A stretch of DNA of 64,000 bases, taken from Bacilli bacterium. Lineage in GTDB: Bacteria > Bacillota_I > Bacilli_A > RF39 > UBA660. The position numbers were made by a program, and so were the translations under genes. The notes below the pieces were generated by a model. It was given only the letters and a program-made list of their open reading frames with translations, had not been told where the DNA came from and did not search any database. Position 1 is the first letter of the stretch. Each line of letters starts with the position of its first letter. The stretch lies in assembly GCA_017435255.1 (NCBI GenBank), contig JAFSFI010000010.1, positions 9,460 through 73,459 on the forward strand. The letters are read 5' to 3'. Positions 51,861 to 60,954 of this stretch are shown piece by piece.

Positions 51861-53516
51861 ATGAAATTGAAAAAGAATACGTTTATGCAAGGAGCATTTA
51901 TTGCTTCTATGGGAATTGTTATAAGTAAAATCTTAGGGATTATGTATGTAATTCCTTTTTATGCTATTATTGGAGAACAAGGCGGAGCCTTATATGGGTA
52001 TGCATATAATATTTATTCTATTTTTTTGAGTCTATCAACTGCTGGAGTTCCTCTTGCTGTTAGTAAGATTATCAGTGAATATAATGCCCTAGGTTATTAT
52101 AAAGAAAAAGAACGTGCTTTTAAAATAGCTAAGAGGTTACTTACAATTATAGGTGTTATATGCTTTCTTGTTTTATTTATATTTGCTCGCGAAATTGCAA
52201 TGTTAATTATAGGTAATGTAGAAGGTGGCAATACCCTTTCGGATGTAACAGCGGTTATTAGGGTTATTTCTTTTTCTATCTTAGTTGTTCCAATTTTAAG
52301 TGTATATCGAGGATATTTACAAGGCCACAAATATATAACGCCAACATCTGTAAGTCAAATTTTAGAACAAATCGTAAGGGTTACAATTATAATTGTTGGT
52401 AGTTACTTATCGCTTAGGTTATTTAATTTAGGATTACCAACTGCGGTAGGGGTAGCGTTGTTTGGTGCTACGGTTGGTTCTCTTTGCTCATATTTATACT
52501 TGGTTAACAAAGTGTTTAAAAATAAAAAACAATTAAATATTGATGCTAATCAAGAAGAAAGAGCCTCTGTTACTACAAAGGAAATTATAATGAAAATTTT
52601 GTGTTATTCTCTTCCTTTTGTTTTTGGTGATTTGTTTAAATCTCTATATAATTCTGTAGACACCTTTTTATTAATTCGTACTTTAGTAAATGGGTTAGGA
52701 TTTGCTGCTATTGATGCAGAATCAATCATGAGCGTAATATCTACTTGGGGTAATAAATTAAACATGATTGTTATTGCTGTAGGAACAGGATTTACAGTAA
52801 GTATTATTCCTAATATTACATATAGTCTAGTAAAAAAAGATTATAAAGATATTAAAAAGAAAATAAATAAAACGTTTAAAATTACTTTGTTTGTAACATT
52901 ACCAATGGTTGTTGGATTGAGCTTCTTATCAGAACCAGTATGGCAAGTATTTTATGGTGCTAGTAAATATGGTCCTAAAGTATTTAGTTTTTCAATTTTT
53001 ACTGCATTATTAACGGTAACATTGTCCTTGTGTACAACGATTCTATTAACCCTAAAAGATTACAAGATAATGTTTACTACTCTTATAATCGGTTTAATCA
53101 CTAATGCCATATTAGACGTTCCATTAATATACTTGTTTAATTATTTGAAATTACCACCATACTATGGTGCAACAGCTGCTACTATATTAGGAAATTTAGT
53201 TTCAATTATAATAGTAATAGTATTCTTATATAAGAAATACGATATTGATTTCTTCAAATCTTATAAATTGTTTTTTAAAATAATTTCAAGTATTGCCCTT
53301 ATGTTATTGGGATTAACTTTGTTAAAATATATAGTTCCTTTTAGCAATGATAGGATTGTTTCATTATTTATTACCATTTTGTATTCGTTGGTAGGAGCAG
53401 CAATATATTTTTGTGTTACATTCAAAACTAAAGCTATTCACGAAGTTTTTGGGAATAATATATTTGATGTTATTAAAAAGAAATTGAAATTAAATAATCT
53501 AAAAAAAGCAAATTAA
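51861..53516 (+). CDS. MOP-superfamily flippase (polysaccharide biosynthesis protein, YtgP/SpoVB-like)
   Basis: Polytopic; ...FMQGAFIASMGIVISKILGIMYVIPFY... is a typical N terminus. Confidence 0.75.
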   Translation: MKLKKNTFMQGAFIASMGIVISKILGIMYVIPFYAIIGEQGGALYGYAYNIYSIFLSLSTAGVPLAVSKIISEYNALGYYKEKERAFKIAKRLLTIIGVICFLVLFIFAREIAMLIIGNVEGGNTLSDVTAVIRVISFSILVVPILSVYRGYLQGHKYITPTSVSQILEQIVRVTIIIVGSYLSLRLFNLGLPTAVGVALFGATVGSLCSYLYLVNKVFKNKKQLNIDANQEERASVTTKEIIMKILCYSLPFVFGDLFKSLYNSVDTFLLIRTLVNGLGFAAIDAESIMSVISTWGNKLNMIVIAVGTGFTVSIIPNITYSLVKKDYKDIKKKINKTFKITLFVTLPMVVGLSFLSEPVWQVFYGASKYGPKVFSFSIFTALLTVTLSLCTTILLTLKDYKIMFTTLIIGLITNAILDVPLIYLFNYLKLPPYYGATAATILGNLVSIIIVIVFLYKKYDIDFFKSYKLFFKIISSIALMLLGLTLLKYIVPFSNDRIVSLFITILYSLVGAAIYFCVTFKTKAIHEVFGNNIFDVIKKKLKLNNLKKAN

Positions 53517-53528
53517 ATTTGCTTTTTT
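53502..53528. terminator. bidirectional terminator
   Basis: AAAGCAAAT-taa-ATTTGCTTT between convergent genes. Confidence 0.6.
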
Positions 53529-53778
53529 ATATTATGTAATTATCAGAATCATAAGAAGAGTTGAAATCAGATCCAATAGAATTCACTCCGTAAGGAGTTG
53601 GTCTATTATTAAATTCTAATCTTCTTATTCGTCTTTCTAATCTGTTTATTTGTTGTTCTATGTTAGAAATTCTATTGTTTATATTTCTTAGTTCTCTAGA
53701 ACATTGACAATTAGATTGATTTTGAAAATTACTCCCAGGATTTCCTGGGAAAAAGCCAAATGGCATTTGTTCGTTCAT
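53527..53778 (-). CDS. small Asn/Gln-rich coiled-coil protein
   Basis: The ATG at 53778 follows AGGAG. Sequence is MNEQMPFGFFPGNPG...NRISNIEQQINRLERRIRRLE... Confidence 0.45.
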   Translation of the reverse strand: MNEQMPFGFFPGNPGSNFQNQSNCQCSRELRNINNRISNIEQQINRLERRIRRLEFNNRPTPYGVNSIGSDFNSSYDSDNYII

Positions 53779-53852
53779 AATTAATCTCCTTTGCATTCGT
53801 ATTATTATATGCATAAATATAAAATAGTGTTATAATTAAATTGGTGAATAAT

Positions 53853-54479
53853 ATGAGACTTAGAAATGTCAAAAATAAAGAATTAATATTAGATTCATGT
53901 GATATTTTAATCAGGGAACCCAAGGACTTAAAAGGAAAGTGGAAAGAATATTTTGGGAACAACAAACCTATATATATTGAAATAGGCATGGGCAAAGGTG
54001 ATTTTATTATTCAAAACGCGTTAAAATATCCCAATATAAATTTTATTGGAATAGAAAAGTACGATAGTGTTTTGGTAAGAGCTATTGAAAAATTGCCTGA
54101 TAATATTTCTAATTTAAAGTTTGTTAGAATGGATGCTAAAGAGATTGACGAAGTTTTTGATAAAGAAGTGGAACGACTTTATTTAAATTTTTCTGATCCG
54201 TGGCCAAAAGATAGGCACTATAAAAGAAGATTAACTAGCTATGTATTTCTAAATAAGTATGATGCCATTTTTAGCTCAAAAAAAGAAATACATCAGAAGA
54301 CCGACAACAGGAATTTGTTTGAATTTTCCTTAGTTAGTTTAATTGAAAATGGATACAAAATTGAAGATGTATGTTTAGATTTGCACAACAGTAATAGAAC
54401 AAATATAATTATGAGTGAATATGAGAAAAAGTTTGTTGCGAAAAACAACACTATCTATTATCTAGTTGCAAAAAAATAG
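53853..54479 (+). CDS. trmB: tRNA (guanine-N7)-methyltransferase
   Basis: MRLRNVK..., ...IEIGMGKGDF..., ...NFSDPWPKDRHYKRRL... Confidence 0.9.
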   Translation: MRLRNVKNKELILDSCDILIREPKDLKGKWKEYFGNNKPIYIEIGMGKGDFIIQNALKYPNINFIGIEKYDSVLVRAIEKLPDNISNLKFVRMDAKEIDEVFDKEVERLYLNFSDPWPKDRHYKRRLTSYVFLNKYDAIFSSKKEIHQKTDNRNLFEFSLVSLIENGYKIEDVCLDLHNSNRTNIIMSEYEKKFVAKNNTIYYLVAKK

Positions 54480-54559
54480 TGTCCAATTTACAAAAAAAGT
54501 GATAAAATTATATTAAAGACAATAAATGTTTGTTATAATTAATGTAGAGTAGGTGAATT

Positions 54560-55228
54560 ATGAAGAAAATTTTTCTTTTACTCTGTCTTGTTGTTTTATT
54601 AACAGGATGCAATGTTGAACAAGTTAAATATAAAGATATAGATTCAATTATAGATAGCGTTTTAAGCAAAGAAATTGAATTATCCAACTCATATTTTGAT
54701 GGATATAAATATTATCTTCCCAGAGGTTTAAGCCTTGCTAGCAAAAAAGGTTATAATTCCAAGTTGGTAAGCGGAAAAAACACATACTATTTGTTTGTGG
54801 ATGTGATAGCTTATTATAATAATGTGGATTTAAAGTTTGAAGTAAGCGATAATTATTTTTCTAAAAAATTGAATTACAATAACAAAACTGGGTATATAGA
54901 AATAACACAACAAGGCGATATGTATTTTTTAGAGATTATGTATAATTATGCTAAAATAGAAATGATAGTAAACGAAAACGATTTAAACAAAGCTATAATC
55001 AATTCTTGTTATATTTTATCGTCTATTCAGTTTAATGATAAAGTTATAGAAACTTTAATCGGAGAAAATGCTTTAGATTATAAAGAGACTATATTTGATA
55101 TCTTTGGGCCACATGGTGATTCTGACAACTTTTTAGAATATGAGGAGGAATATCAATATAAAGGGGATATAGAAGAAGAATTAAAAGAGAAAGATTCTGA
55201 TGTTTTAGATACTAAAACAAGCGATTAG
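54560..55228 (+). CDS. lipoprotein, function unknown
   Basis: Lipobox LLTGC. Confidence 0.55.
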   Translation: MKKIFLLLCLVVLLTGCNVEQVKYKDIDSIIDSVLSKEIELSNSYFDGYKYYLPRGLSLASKKGYNSKLVSGKNTYYLFVDVIAYYNNVDLKFEVSDNYFSKKLNYNNKTGYIEITQQGDMYFLEIMYNYAKIEMIVNENDLNKAIINSCYILSSIQFNDKVIETLIGENALDYKETIFDIFGPHGDSDNFLEYEEEYQYKGDIEEELKEKDSDVLDTKTSD

Positions 55229-55241
55229 AGAGGTGTTACAG

Positions 55242-56141
55242 ATGGGTGTATTTGATAAAATAAAAAATATATTTTTTGAAGAAGAATATGTAGAGGTTGA
55301 AGAAGAAATAAAAAAACCAAAAAAGGCGGAACCTAAAAAAGAAAAAATAACAGTGGCGAAAAAAATAGATTTACCTGAAATAAAAAAAGAACGTGTTAAG
55401 CCAGAACCAAAAGAAGAAATTGAAGAAGTAGAGGAAGAAGCTATAGAAGAAGTTGAAGAGGCAAAACAAGAAAATAAATTTAAATTCCCTATGACCTTTG
55501 AAGAAGAAGACTTTAAACAAGATGAAGTTTTAGTTGAAAAGGTGCAACCAAAAGAAGAACCTAAAAAAGAGGAAAAACCAAAATATATTTATGAAAACGA
55601 AAGGGTTCCACTATATGAAGGTCGCGAAGAAAAAAAAGAAAAACCAGCATTCAAGCCAACGCCTATCATTTCTCCTATATATGGGATTTTAGATAAGAAT
55701 TATAAAAAAGAGGAGATCGTTACTAAAAAACCAATCATTTTATCTAGTAGTTCATCAAGAAAAATGGACTTAGATAGGGTTAGAGAAAAAGCTTATGGTG
55801 ATTTAGCTAGTGACATTACTGCATCAATGCAAGAAGAAAAAGTAGATGAGCTTGTAGTACACGGAGAAGAAAAGGAAAATACTTTTTATGATTTAAATAT
55901 TGGTTCTCCTGCTGTAGAAAGAGTTACTGTGGGGGATGCAGAAGAATATTTTAATGATTTGGGATTAGAATATAATGTAGATTATAAAGATAATAGTATG
56001 GAGAAAGCGACGGGAAGAAGAACAGCTAAACTAGAAGAGAAAGAGGAAAAAGAAGATAAAGAAACAAGCGATGAGACGGTTTCTTTAGAAAATAATTTAT
56101 TTGATTTAATTGAATCAATGTATGAAGATAAGGAGGAATAA
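55242..56141 (+). CDS. Glu/Lys-rich protein with N-terminal amphipathic helix
   Basis: MGVFDKIKNIFFEEE..., followed by a long EK-rich low-complexity stretch and an ISPIYGIL motif. Confidence 0.5.
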   Translation: MGVFDKIKNIFFEEEYVEVEEEIKKPKKAEPKKEKITVAKKIDLPEIKKERVKPEPKEEIEEVEEEAIEEVEEAKQENKFKFPMTFEEEDFKQDEVLVEKVQPKEEPKKEEKPKYIYENERVPLYEGREEKKEKPAFKPTPIISPIYGILDKNYKKEEIVTKKPIILSSSSSRKMDLDRVREKAYGDLASDITASMQEEKVDELVVHGEEKENTFYDLNIGSPAVERVTVGDAEEYFNDLGLEYNVDYKDNSMEKATGRRTAKLEEKEEKEDKETSDETVSLENNLFDLIESMYEDKEE

Positions 56142-56143
56142 TT

Positions 56144-56449
56144 ATGTTAGGAGATGTATTGCCAATATTGCTTTATATTTTAGGTTCTATTCTGCTAGTT
56201 GTATTAATAATATTAGGTATAAAATTAATTCAAACAGTTGATAGAGCAAATGCATTACTTGATGATTTAGAAGAAAAATCAAAATCATTAGACGGAATAT
56301 TTACTGTAGTTGATAATTTTTCTAATGCGATTGCTGTTGTTGGTGATAGAGTTGTTGATGGCATTGCCGGCATGGTATCTAGTTTCTTTCACAAAAGAAA
56401 AAAGAAAAAAATAAAAGAAGAGGAGAAGGTTGAATATGAAGAAGAATAA
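56144..56449 (+). CDS. DUF948 (YtxG-like) membrane protein
   Basis: TM helix then ...TVDRANALLDDLEEKSKSLDGIF... Confidence 0.65.
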   Translation: MLGDVLPILLYILGSILLVVLIILGIKLIQTVDRANALLDDLEEKSKSLDGIFTVVDNFSNAIAVVGDRVVDGIAGMVSSFFHKRKKKKIKEEEKVEYEEE

Positions 56450-56864
56450 AGATAAAAATAAAAAGAAAAAAGGTTTTGGAAAATTCTTGCTTGGTGCTGC
56501 AGTTGGAGCTGGACTTGGAATCTTATTTGCGCCTAAAAAAGGTAGCGAAACTAGACGTGAGTTAAAAGAAAAATTAGATGAATTAGCTAACAAGGTAAAA
56601 GGTATCGATTTAGAAGATGTTAAAGAATCTATTGAAACAAAAATAGCAGAAATAAAAGAAGAACTATCTGCTCTTGATAAAGAAAAAGCTTTGAAAATTG
56701 CTAAAGAAAAAGGTAAAGCAATCAAAAAGAAAAGTGAAGAATTAGTAGATCTAGCAGTAAAAAAAGGTACTCCAGTATTACAAAAAGCAGCAGAAGAAGT
56801 AAGAGAAAAAGCAATTGAAGTAGTTAAAGAAGTATTAAATAAGCTAGAAAAGAAGGAAAAATAA
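56436..56864 (+). CDS. YtxH-domain protein
   Basis: ...FLLGAAVGAGLGILFAPKKGSETRRELKEKL... Confidence 0.7.
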   Translation: MKKNKDKNKKKKGFGKFLLGAAVGAGLGILFAPKKGSETRRELKEKLDELANKVKGIDLEDVKESIETKIAEIKEELSALDKEKALKIAKEKGKAIKKKSEELVDLAVKKGTPVLQKAAEEVREKAIEVVKEVLNKLEKKEK

Positions 56865-56885
56865 GAGTTGTATAAACTCTTTTTC
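56863..56885 (+). terminator. rho-independent terminator
   Basis: AAGAGTT-gtata-AACTCTT plus a T-run. Confidence 0.55.
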
Positions 56886-56904
56886 TATGCTAGAATATGA
56901 TATA

Positions 56905-57105
56905 TAAATGGCGATGAAAAATTTTAGTAATTGTCTATTGTTAATTTAAGAGAATTAGTGGTTGGTGAAAACTAATAATAATAGAACAATGAAGTACACA
57001 TTTGGAGCTATATCGTTACTCGCGTTAAGAGAAAAGTGCATAATACTATTATGAAATAAGGTGGTACCGCGGTTTTTCGCCCTTAGTTTATAATAGTTTT
57101 TTTAT
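56905..57105 (+). promoter_or_regulatory. T-box leader (Tyr specifier UAC) with terminator
   Basis: AGAGA/AGTGG..GGTGAAAAC stem I. ATGAAG-TAC-A specifier (56995-56997). T-box AAATAAGGTGGTACCGCGG (57054-57072). The terminator arms 57045-57060 and 57083-57098 are followed by T7. Confidence 0.85.
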
Positions 57106-57115
57106 TAGGAGGGTT

Positions 57116-57760
57116 ATGAATATAAATAAATATATAGATCATACAAATTTAAAACCTTACGCAAGCAAAAATGATATTGAAAAACTGTGTGATGAGGCAA
57201 TAAAAAACAATTTTGCATCTGTATGCGTCAATCCATATTATGTAGGATTGGCACATGAGTTACTAATAAGATCTTGTGTAAAAGTATGTACTGTAGTTGG
57301 TTTCCCTTTGGGTCAAAATACTCTTGCAGTCAAATCTTTTGAGGCAAAACTGGCATTAGAAGAGGGTGCAGATGAAATTGACATGGTTATAAATATTTCT
57401 GCACTTAAAGATCAAAATTATAATTATGTTCTAGAAGAAATAAAAGCAATAAGGGATATAACAAAGGATAACATTTTGAAAGTTATTATTGAAACTTGCT
57501 ATTTAAATAAAGAAGAAATTATCAAAGCAACAGAAATATGTAATGTGGCTAGAGTAGACTTTATTAAAACATCTACAGGATATGGTATAGAAGGTGCTAA
57601 ATTAGAAGATGTTGAATTAATTTTAAAACACAAGGGTGAAAAAGTAGAAGTAAAAGCTAGCGGTGGAATTAAAAACTATGAACAAGCAAAAGTATTTATA
57701 GGTAAAGGTGTAACTAGAATAGGAACTAGTAATGGAATAGAAATAATGGAGGGAATATAA
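57116..57760 (+). CDS. deoC: deoxyribose-phosphate aldolase
   Basis: IDHTNLKP..., VCVNPYYV, FIKTSTGY (Schiff-base Lys), VKASGGI. Confidence 0.9.
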   Translation: MNINKYIDHTNLKPYASKNDIEKLCDEAIKNNFASVCVNPYYVGLAHELLIRSCVKVCTVVGFPLGQNTLAVKSFEAKLALEEGADEIDMVINISALKDQNYNYVLEEIKAIRDITKDNILKVIIETCYLNKEEIIKATEICNVARVDFIKTSTGYGIEGAKLEDVELILKHKGEKVEVKASGGIKNYEQAKVFIGKGVTRIGTSNGIEIMEGI

Positions 57761-57761
57761 T

Positions 57762-58991
57762 ATGAAATTATATGATGATTTAATGTGGAGAGGACTTATC
57801 AAGGATGTAGCGGGAGAAGACCTAGAAAAAAAATTAAATGGAGAACCTATAACTTTCTATTGGGGTACAGACCCAACTGCAGATAGTTTGCATATAGGGC
57901 ATTATTCATCTTTGGTAACAGCTAAAAGACTAATGAAAGCGGGTCATAATCCAATTCTTTTATGTGGTGGTGCTACTGGTAGAATCGGAGACCCAAGACC
58001 AACTGCGGAAAGAGAAATTTTAGATTATGAAGTAATTGAAAATAACATAAAAGGAATTCGTTCTCAAATAGAAAGATTGTTTGAAGGAAAAGCGGAACTA
58101 GTTGATAACTATGATTGGACTAAAGAGTATTCATTTCTAGAGTTTTTAAGAGATATTGGAAAATATATTAATGTAAATTATATGATTAATAAAGATATTA
58201 TTTCTAGAAGACTTGAGACAGGTATTACATATGCAGAGTTTTCATATATGCTATTACAAGGATATGATTTTTTACATTTATATGAAACAAAGAATTGTAT
58301 AATGCAAGTTGAAGGATCTGACCAATGGGGAAATATTACTACTGGTATAGAATTAATCAAGAAAAAATTAGGGAAAGAAGCATATGCGTTTACTATGCCA
58401 TTAATATTAGATGCTAATGGCAATAAATTTGGTAAATCAGAAGGGAATGCTTTGTGGTTAGATAAAAACAAAACAACTCCATACGAAATATACCAATATT
58501 TAATAAATACAGATGACTCTAAGGTTTTAGAATATTTAAAAGTATTTACTTTTTTATCAAAAGAAGAAATAGAAAAAATAATGGAAGAACAAAATGAAAA
58601 ACCAGAATTACGTGCAGCACAAAAAGCTCTTGCTTATGAAGTGGTTAAGGATATTCATGGTAAAGAAGAGGCTGATAAAGCGATAACAATTTCAAAAGCA
58701 TTATTTACAGGAAATGTAAAAGAATTATCGGCAGATGAAATAGAAATGGCATTTCAAGGAATTCCAACTATAGAAGTTAATGAAGAAAAAAGTTTGATAG
58801 ATGTTTTAGTAAACAATTCTATTACATCATCGCGTAGAGAGACTAGAGAATTCTTAAATAATGGTGCAATTAGTGTTAATGGGGATATAATTAAAGATGA
58901 AAATTTATTAATAACTAAAGATATTGCGATTGATAATAAAGTAATTGTTATAAGAAGAGGTAAAAAGAAATATTATTTATTAAAATTTTAA
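57762..58991 (+). CDS. tyrS: tyrosine--tRNA ligase
   Basis: ...DPTADSLHIGH... (HIGH), KFGKS (KMSKS), and a C-terminal S4 domain. Confidence 0.95.
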   Translation: MKLYDDLMWRGLIKDVAGEDLEKKLNGEPITFYWGTDPTADSLHIGHYSSLVTAKRLMKAGHNPILLCGGATGRIGDPRPTAEREILDYEVIENNIKGIRSQIERLFEGKAELVDNYDWTKEYSFLEFLRDIGKYINVNYMINKDIISRRLETGITYAEFSYMLLQGYDFLHLYETKNCIMQVEGSDQWGNITTGIELIKKKLGKEAYAFTMPLILDANGNKFGKSEGNALWLDKNKTTPYEIYQYLINTDDSKVLEYLKVFTFLSKEEIEKIMEEQNEKPELRAAQKALAYEVVKDIHGKEEADKAITISKALFTGNVKELSADEIEMAFQGIPTIEVNEEKSLIDVLVNNSITSSRRETREFLNNGAISVNGDIIKDENLLITKDIAIDNKVIVIRRGKKKYYLLKF

Positions 58992-59017
58992 AAGACATTA
59001 AATAATGTCTTTTTTTT
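58992..59017. terminator. bidirectional terminator
   Basis: AAGACATT-aaat-AATGTCTT with an A-run on one side and a T-run on the other. Confidence 0.65.
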
Positions 59018-59486
59018 ATTTGAAAATTGATAATTTTTTTACATAGTGATTAGTAATTTTTCTTTTTGATATATAAATATCTTTTTTGTTGTATATTTCG
59101 TGTAAGCTTATAATCGAGTTATTTATGCTATCTATTTGTTCGATGGTTAAATCTTTCTTATTATAAAAATATTTTTTAAATAATCTTGGGTTCATATGTG
59201 TAATATTCTTGAATGTTTCTGAAAAATATTCTAGTGAATAAAAACCGCTTCGAATTGCTATATTTGTTAAGTTGTTATTATTGTTTTTTAAAAACATTAT
59301 TGAATTATAAACTCTGATCGAATTTATGTACTCTACTAGAGTTAATCCTATTTCTTTTTTAAATAATTTCATAATGTAATATCTGTTATAGAAAAAGCGC
59401 TTTTCTAATTCGTCAATGGAAATTTTATTAGAAATATTATCGCTTATATAAATTAAAATATCACATATTAAAGTATTCGAATGCAT
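59016..59486 (-). CDS. small AraC-family (MarA/SoxS-sized) transcriptional regulator
   Basis: Two HTH units (...ISIDELEKRFFYNRYYIMKLFKKEIG... and ...NIAIRSGFYSLEYFSETFKNITHMNP...). 156 aa with no sensor domain. Confidence 0.75.
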   Translation of the reverse strand: MHSNTLICDILIYISDNISNKISIDELEKRFFYNRYYIMKLFKKEIGLTLVEYINSIRVYNSIMFLKNNNNNLTNIAIRSGFYSLEYFSETFKNITHMNPRLFKKYFYNKKDLTIEQIDSINNSIISLHEIYNKKDIYISKRKITNHYVKKLSIFK

Positions 59487-59598
59487 AACATCACCAACAA
59501 TATAATACTACCAAAGTATACAAAAATCAAATTATACCACTATTGTTTAAATTTTTCTAAAATATAATGGTATATTAAAAGTGCAAAGGAGGAATAAT

Positions 59599-60879
59599 AT
59601 GAATTTTGCAAGATGGGAAACTAAAGAAAATATGGAAAAATTAGTGCCTTTAATTCCTGTTAATAAAGAATCTCAAATTGAGAAAAGTGGATTGCCAATA
59701 TTTTATGATGAAAAAAAATTATATATCACTAACAGATTAAATCATACATTAGTTGTTGGTACTACAGGAAGTGGAAAGACGCAAGTAGTAACATTACCTA
59801 TATTAGAATTATCAAAACGTTCAGGAGAGTCAGTAATTATTCACGATACTAAAAATGAAATCTATGAGTATACAAGTGAAAAATTTAAAAATCAAGGTTA
59901 CAACATTATAAGAATAAATCTTGATGACGCTAGAGATTGTAACAAATGGAATCCTTTAGAATTACCTTATAGACTTTATACAGATGGAAATAAAGATAAA
60001 GCGCAAGAACTAATAGAAGAGATTGGGTTTTATTTATTAAACGAATTGAGTGAAAAAAATCAAGATCCTTTTTGGATAAATTCTGCAATCAATTATTTTA
60101 CAGGACTTTGTCTTTATCAGTTTGAAAGTCATAAATCATCAAATTTAAAAACAATAATTGAATTAGATGCATACATAAGAGAAAATAGAAAAGATTTTAT
60201 AAAAAATATAGATAAGAATTCCAATGTATATCTTAACTTAAGAGGGGTTTTAGAGGCGCCAACAGAAACTTGTGGAAGTATATTATCTGTATTCTCCCAA
60301 AAAATTAAAAGATATATTTCTAGAGAAAATTTGATGAACGTTTTATCTACTACAGATTTTGATTTAGCTGCCATAGGAAAAGAAAAAACAATAATTTATA
60401 TTGTATCAGGTAACTCTAATAACTCGGATAGATTATTACCACTTTTCGTTAGTCAAGTATATTATGCTAAAGATGAATATTCAAAAAATGAAGGGAAAAT
60501 CAATGTTATTATAGATGATTTCTATGAGTTGTATCCTATTAAAAATTTTGCTAAGGTTCTAGGATATTCTAGAGGTATAAATATTAATTTTGTGCTAATG
60601 ATAAGAGGTTTCAATGATTTAAAAAATATTTATGGTAAAGAAGAAACAGAGATCATAAAAATTTGTTTTGCTAATATAGTGTATTTGTTATCTCAAGATA
60701 TGGACACATTAGAAGAAATTAGTAATTTGTGCGGAAAAACTTGTGATGATGGAATTGTAAAACCATTAATTTCTGTAGAGGAATTAAAAACATTGAGACC
60801 ATTTGAAGCAGTTATATTGATGATAAGAATGATGCCGTTTAAAACAAAATTGTTACCATATTTTCAAATGAAATTATAA
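59599..60879 (+). CDS. VirD4/TraG-like (type IV coupling protein family) P-loop ATPase lacking TM helices
   Basis: HTLVVGTTGSGKTQ Walker A, ...SVIIHDTKNEIY..., ...NKWNPL..., DPFW, a Walker-B-like VIIDDFYEL, and ...GININFVLMIRGFNDLKNIYG... The N terminus is hydrophilic. The ATG at 59599 follows AAAGGAGG. Confidence 0.7.
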   Translation: MNFARWETKENMEKLVPLIPVNKESQIEKSGLPIFYDEKKLYITNRLNHTLVVGTTGSGKTQVVTLPILELSKRSGESVIIHDTKNEIYEYTSEKFKNQGYNIIRINLDDARDCNKWNPLELPYRLYTDGNKDKAQELIEEIGFYLLNELSEKNQDPFWINSAINYFTGLCLYQFESHKSSNLKTIIELDAYIRENRKDFIKNIDKNSNVYLNLRGVLEAPTETCGSILSVFSQKIKRYISRENLMNVLSTTDFDLAAIGKEKTIIYIVSGNSNNSDRLLPLFVSQVYYAKDEYSKNEGKINVIIDDFYELYPIKNFAKVLGYSRGININFVLMIRGFNDLKNIYGKEETEIIKICFANIVYLLSQDMDTLEEISNLCGKTCDDGIVKPLISVEELKTLRPFEAVILMIRMMPFKTKLLPYFQMKL

Positions 60880-60903
60880 AAAGACATTTATATGTCTTTT
60901 TTT
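60879..60903 (+). terminator. rho-independent terminator
   Basis: AAAGACAT-ttat-ATGTCTTT plus a T-run. Confidence 0.6.
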
Positions 60904-60908
60904 GTTAT

Positions 60909-60937
60909 TTGATTTACTTTGATAATTTAAGTATAAT
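60909..60937 (+). promoter_or_regulatory. sigma-A-type promoter for the ADP-ribosyltransferase gene
   Basis: TTGATT, 17-nt spacer, TATAAT. Confidence 0.55.
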
Positions 60938-60954
60938 TATATTGATTGTAGGTG

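Noticed and set aside
53729-53995. An 88-aa minus-strand ORF across the trmB promoter and start.
   Set aside because: It overlaps the divergent promoter region and the 5' ends of two supported genes, with hydrophobic shadow composition.
55300-55620. Repetitive GAAGAAG/AAAAAAGA stretches that might be taken for a tandem repeat or CRISPR-like array.
   Set aside because: This is in-frame low-complexity Glu/Lys coding sequence with no regular repeat-spacer periodicity.
56288-56725. A 145-aa minus-strand ORF.
   Set aside because: It is antisense to the DUF948 and YtxH genes, and its low-complexity Phe/Leu/Ser sequence mirrors the Lys/Glu-rich sense strand.
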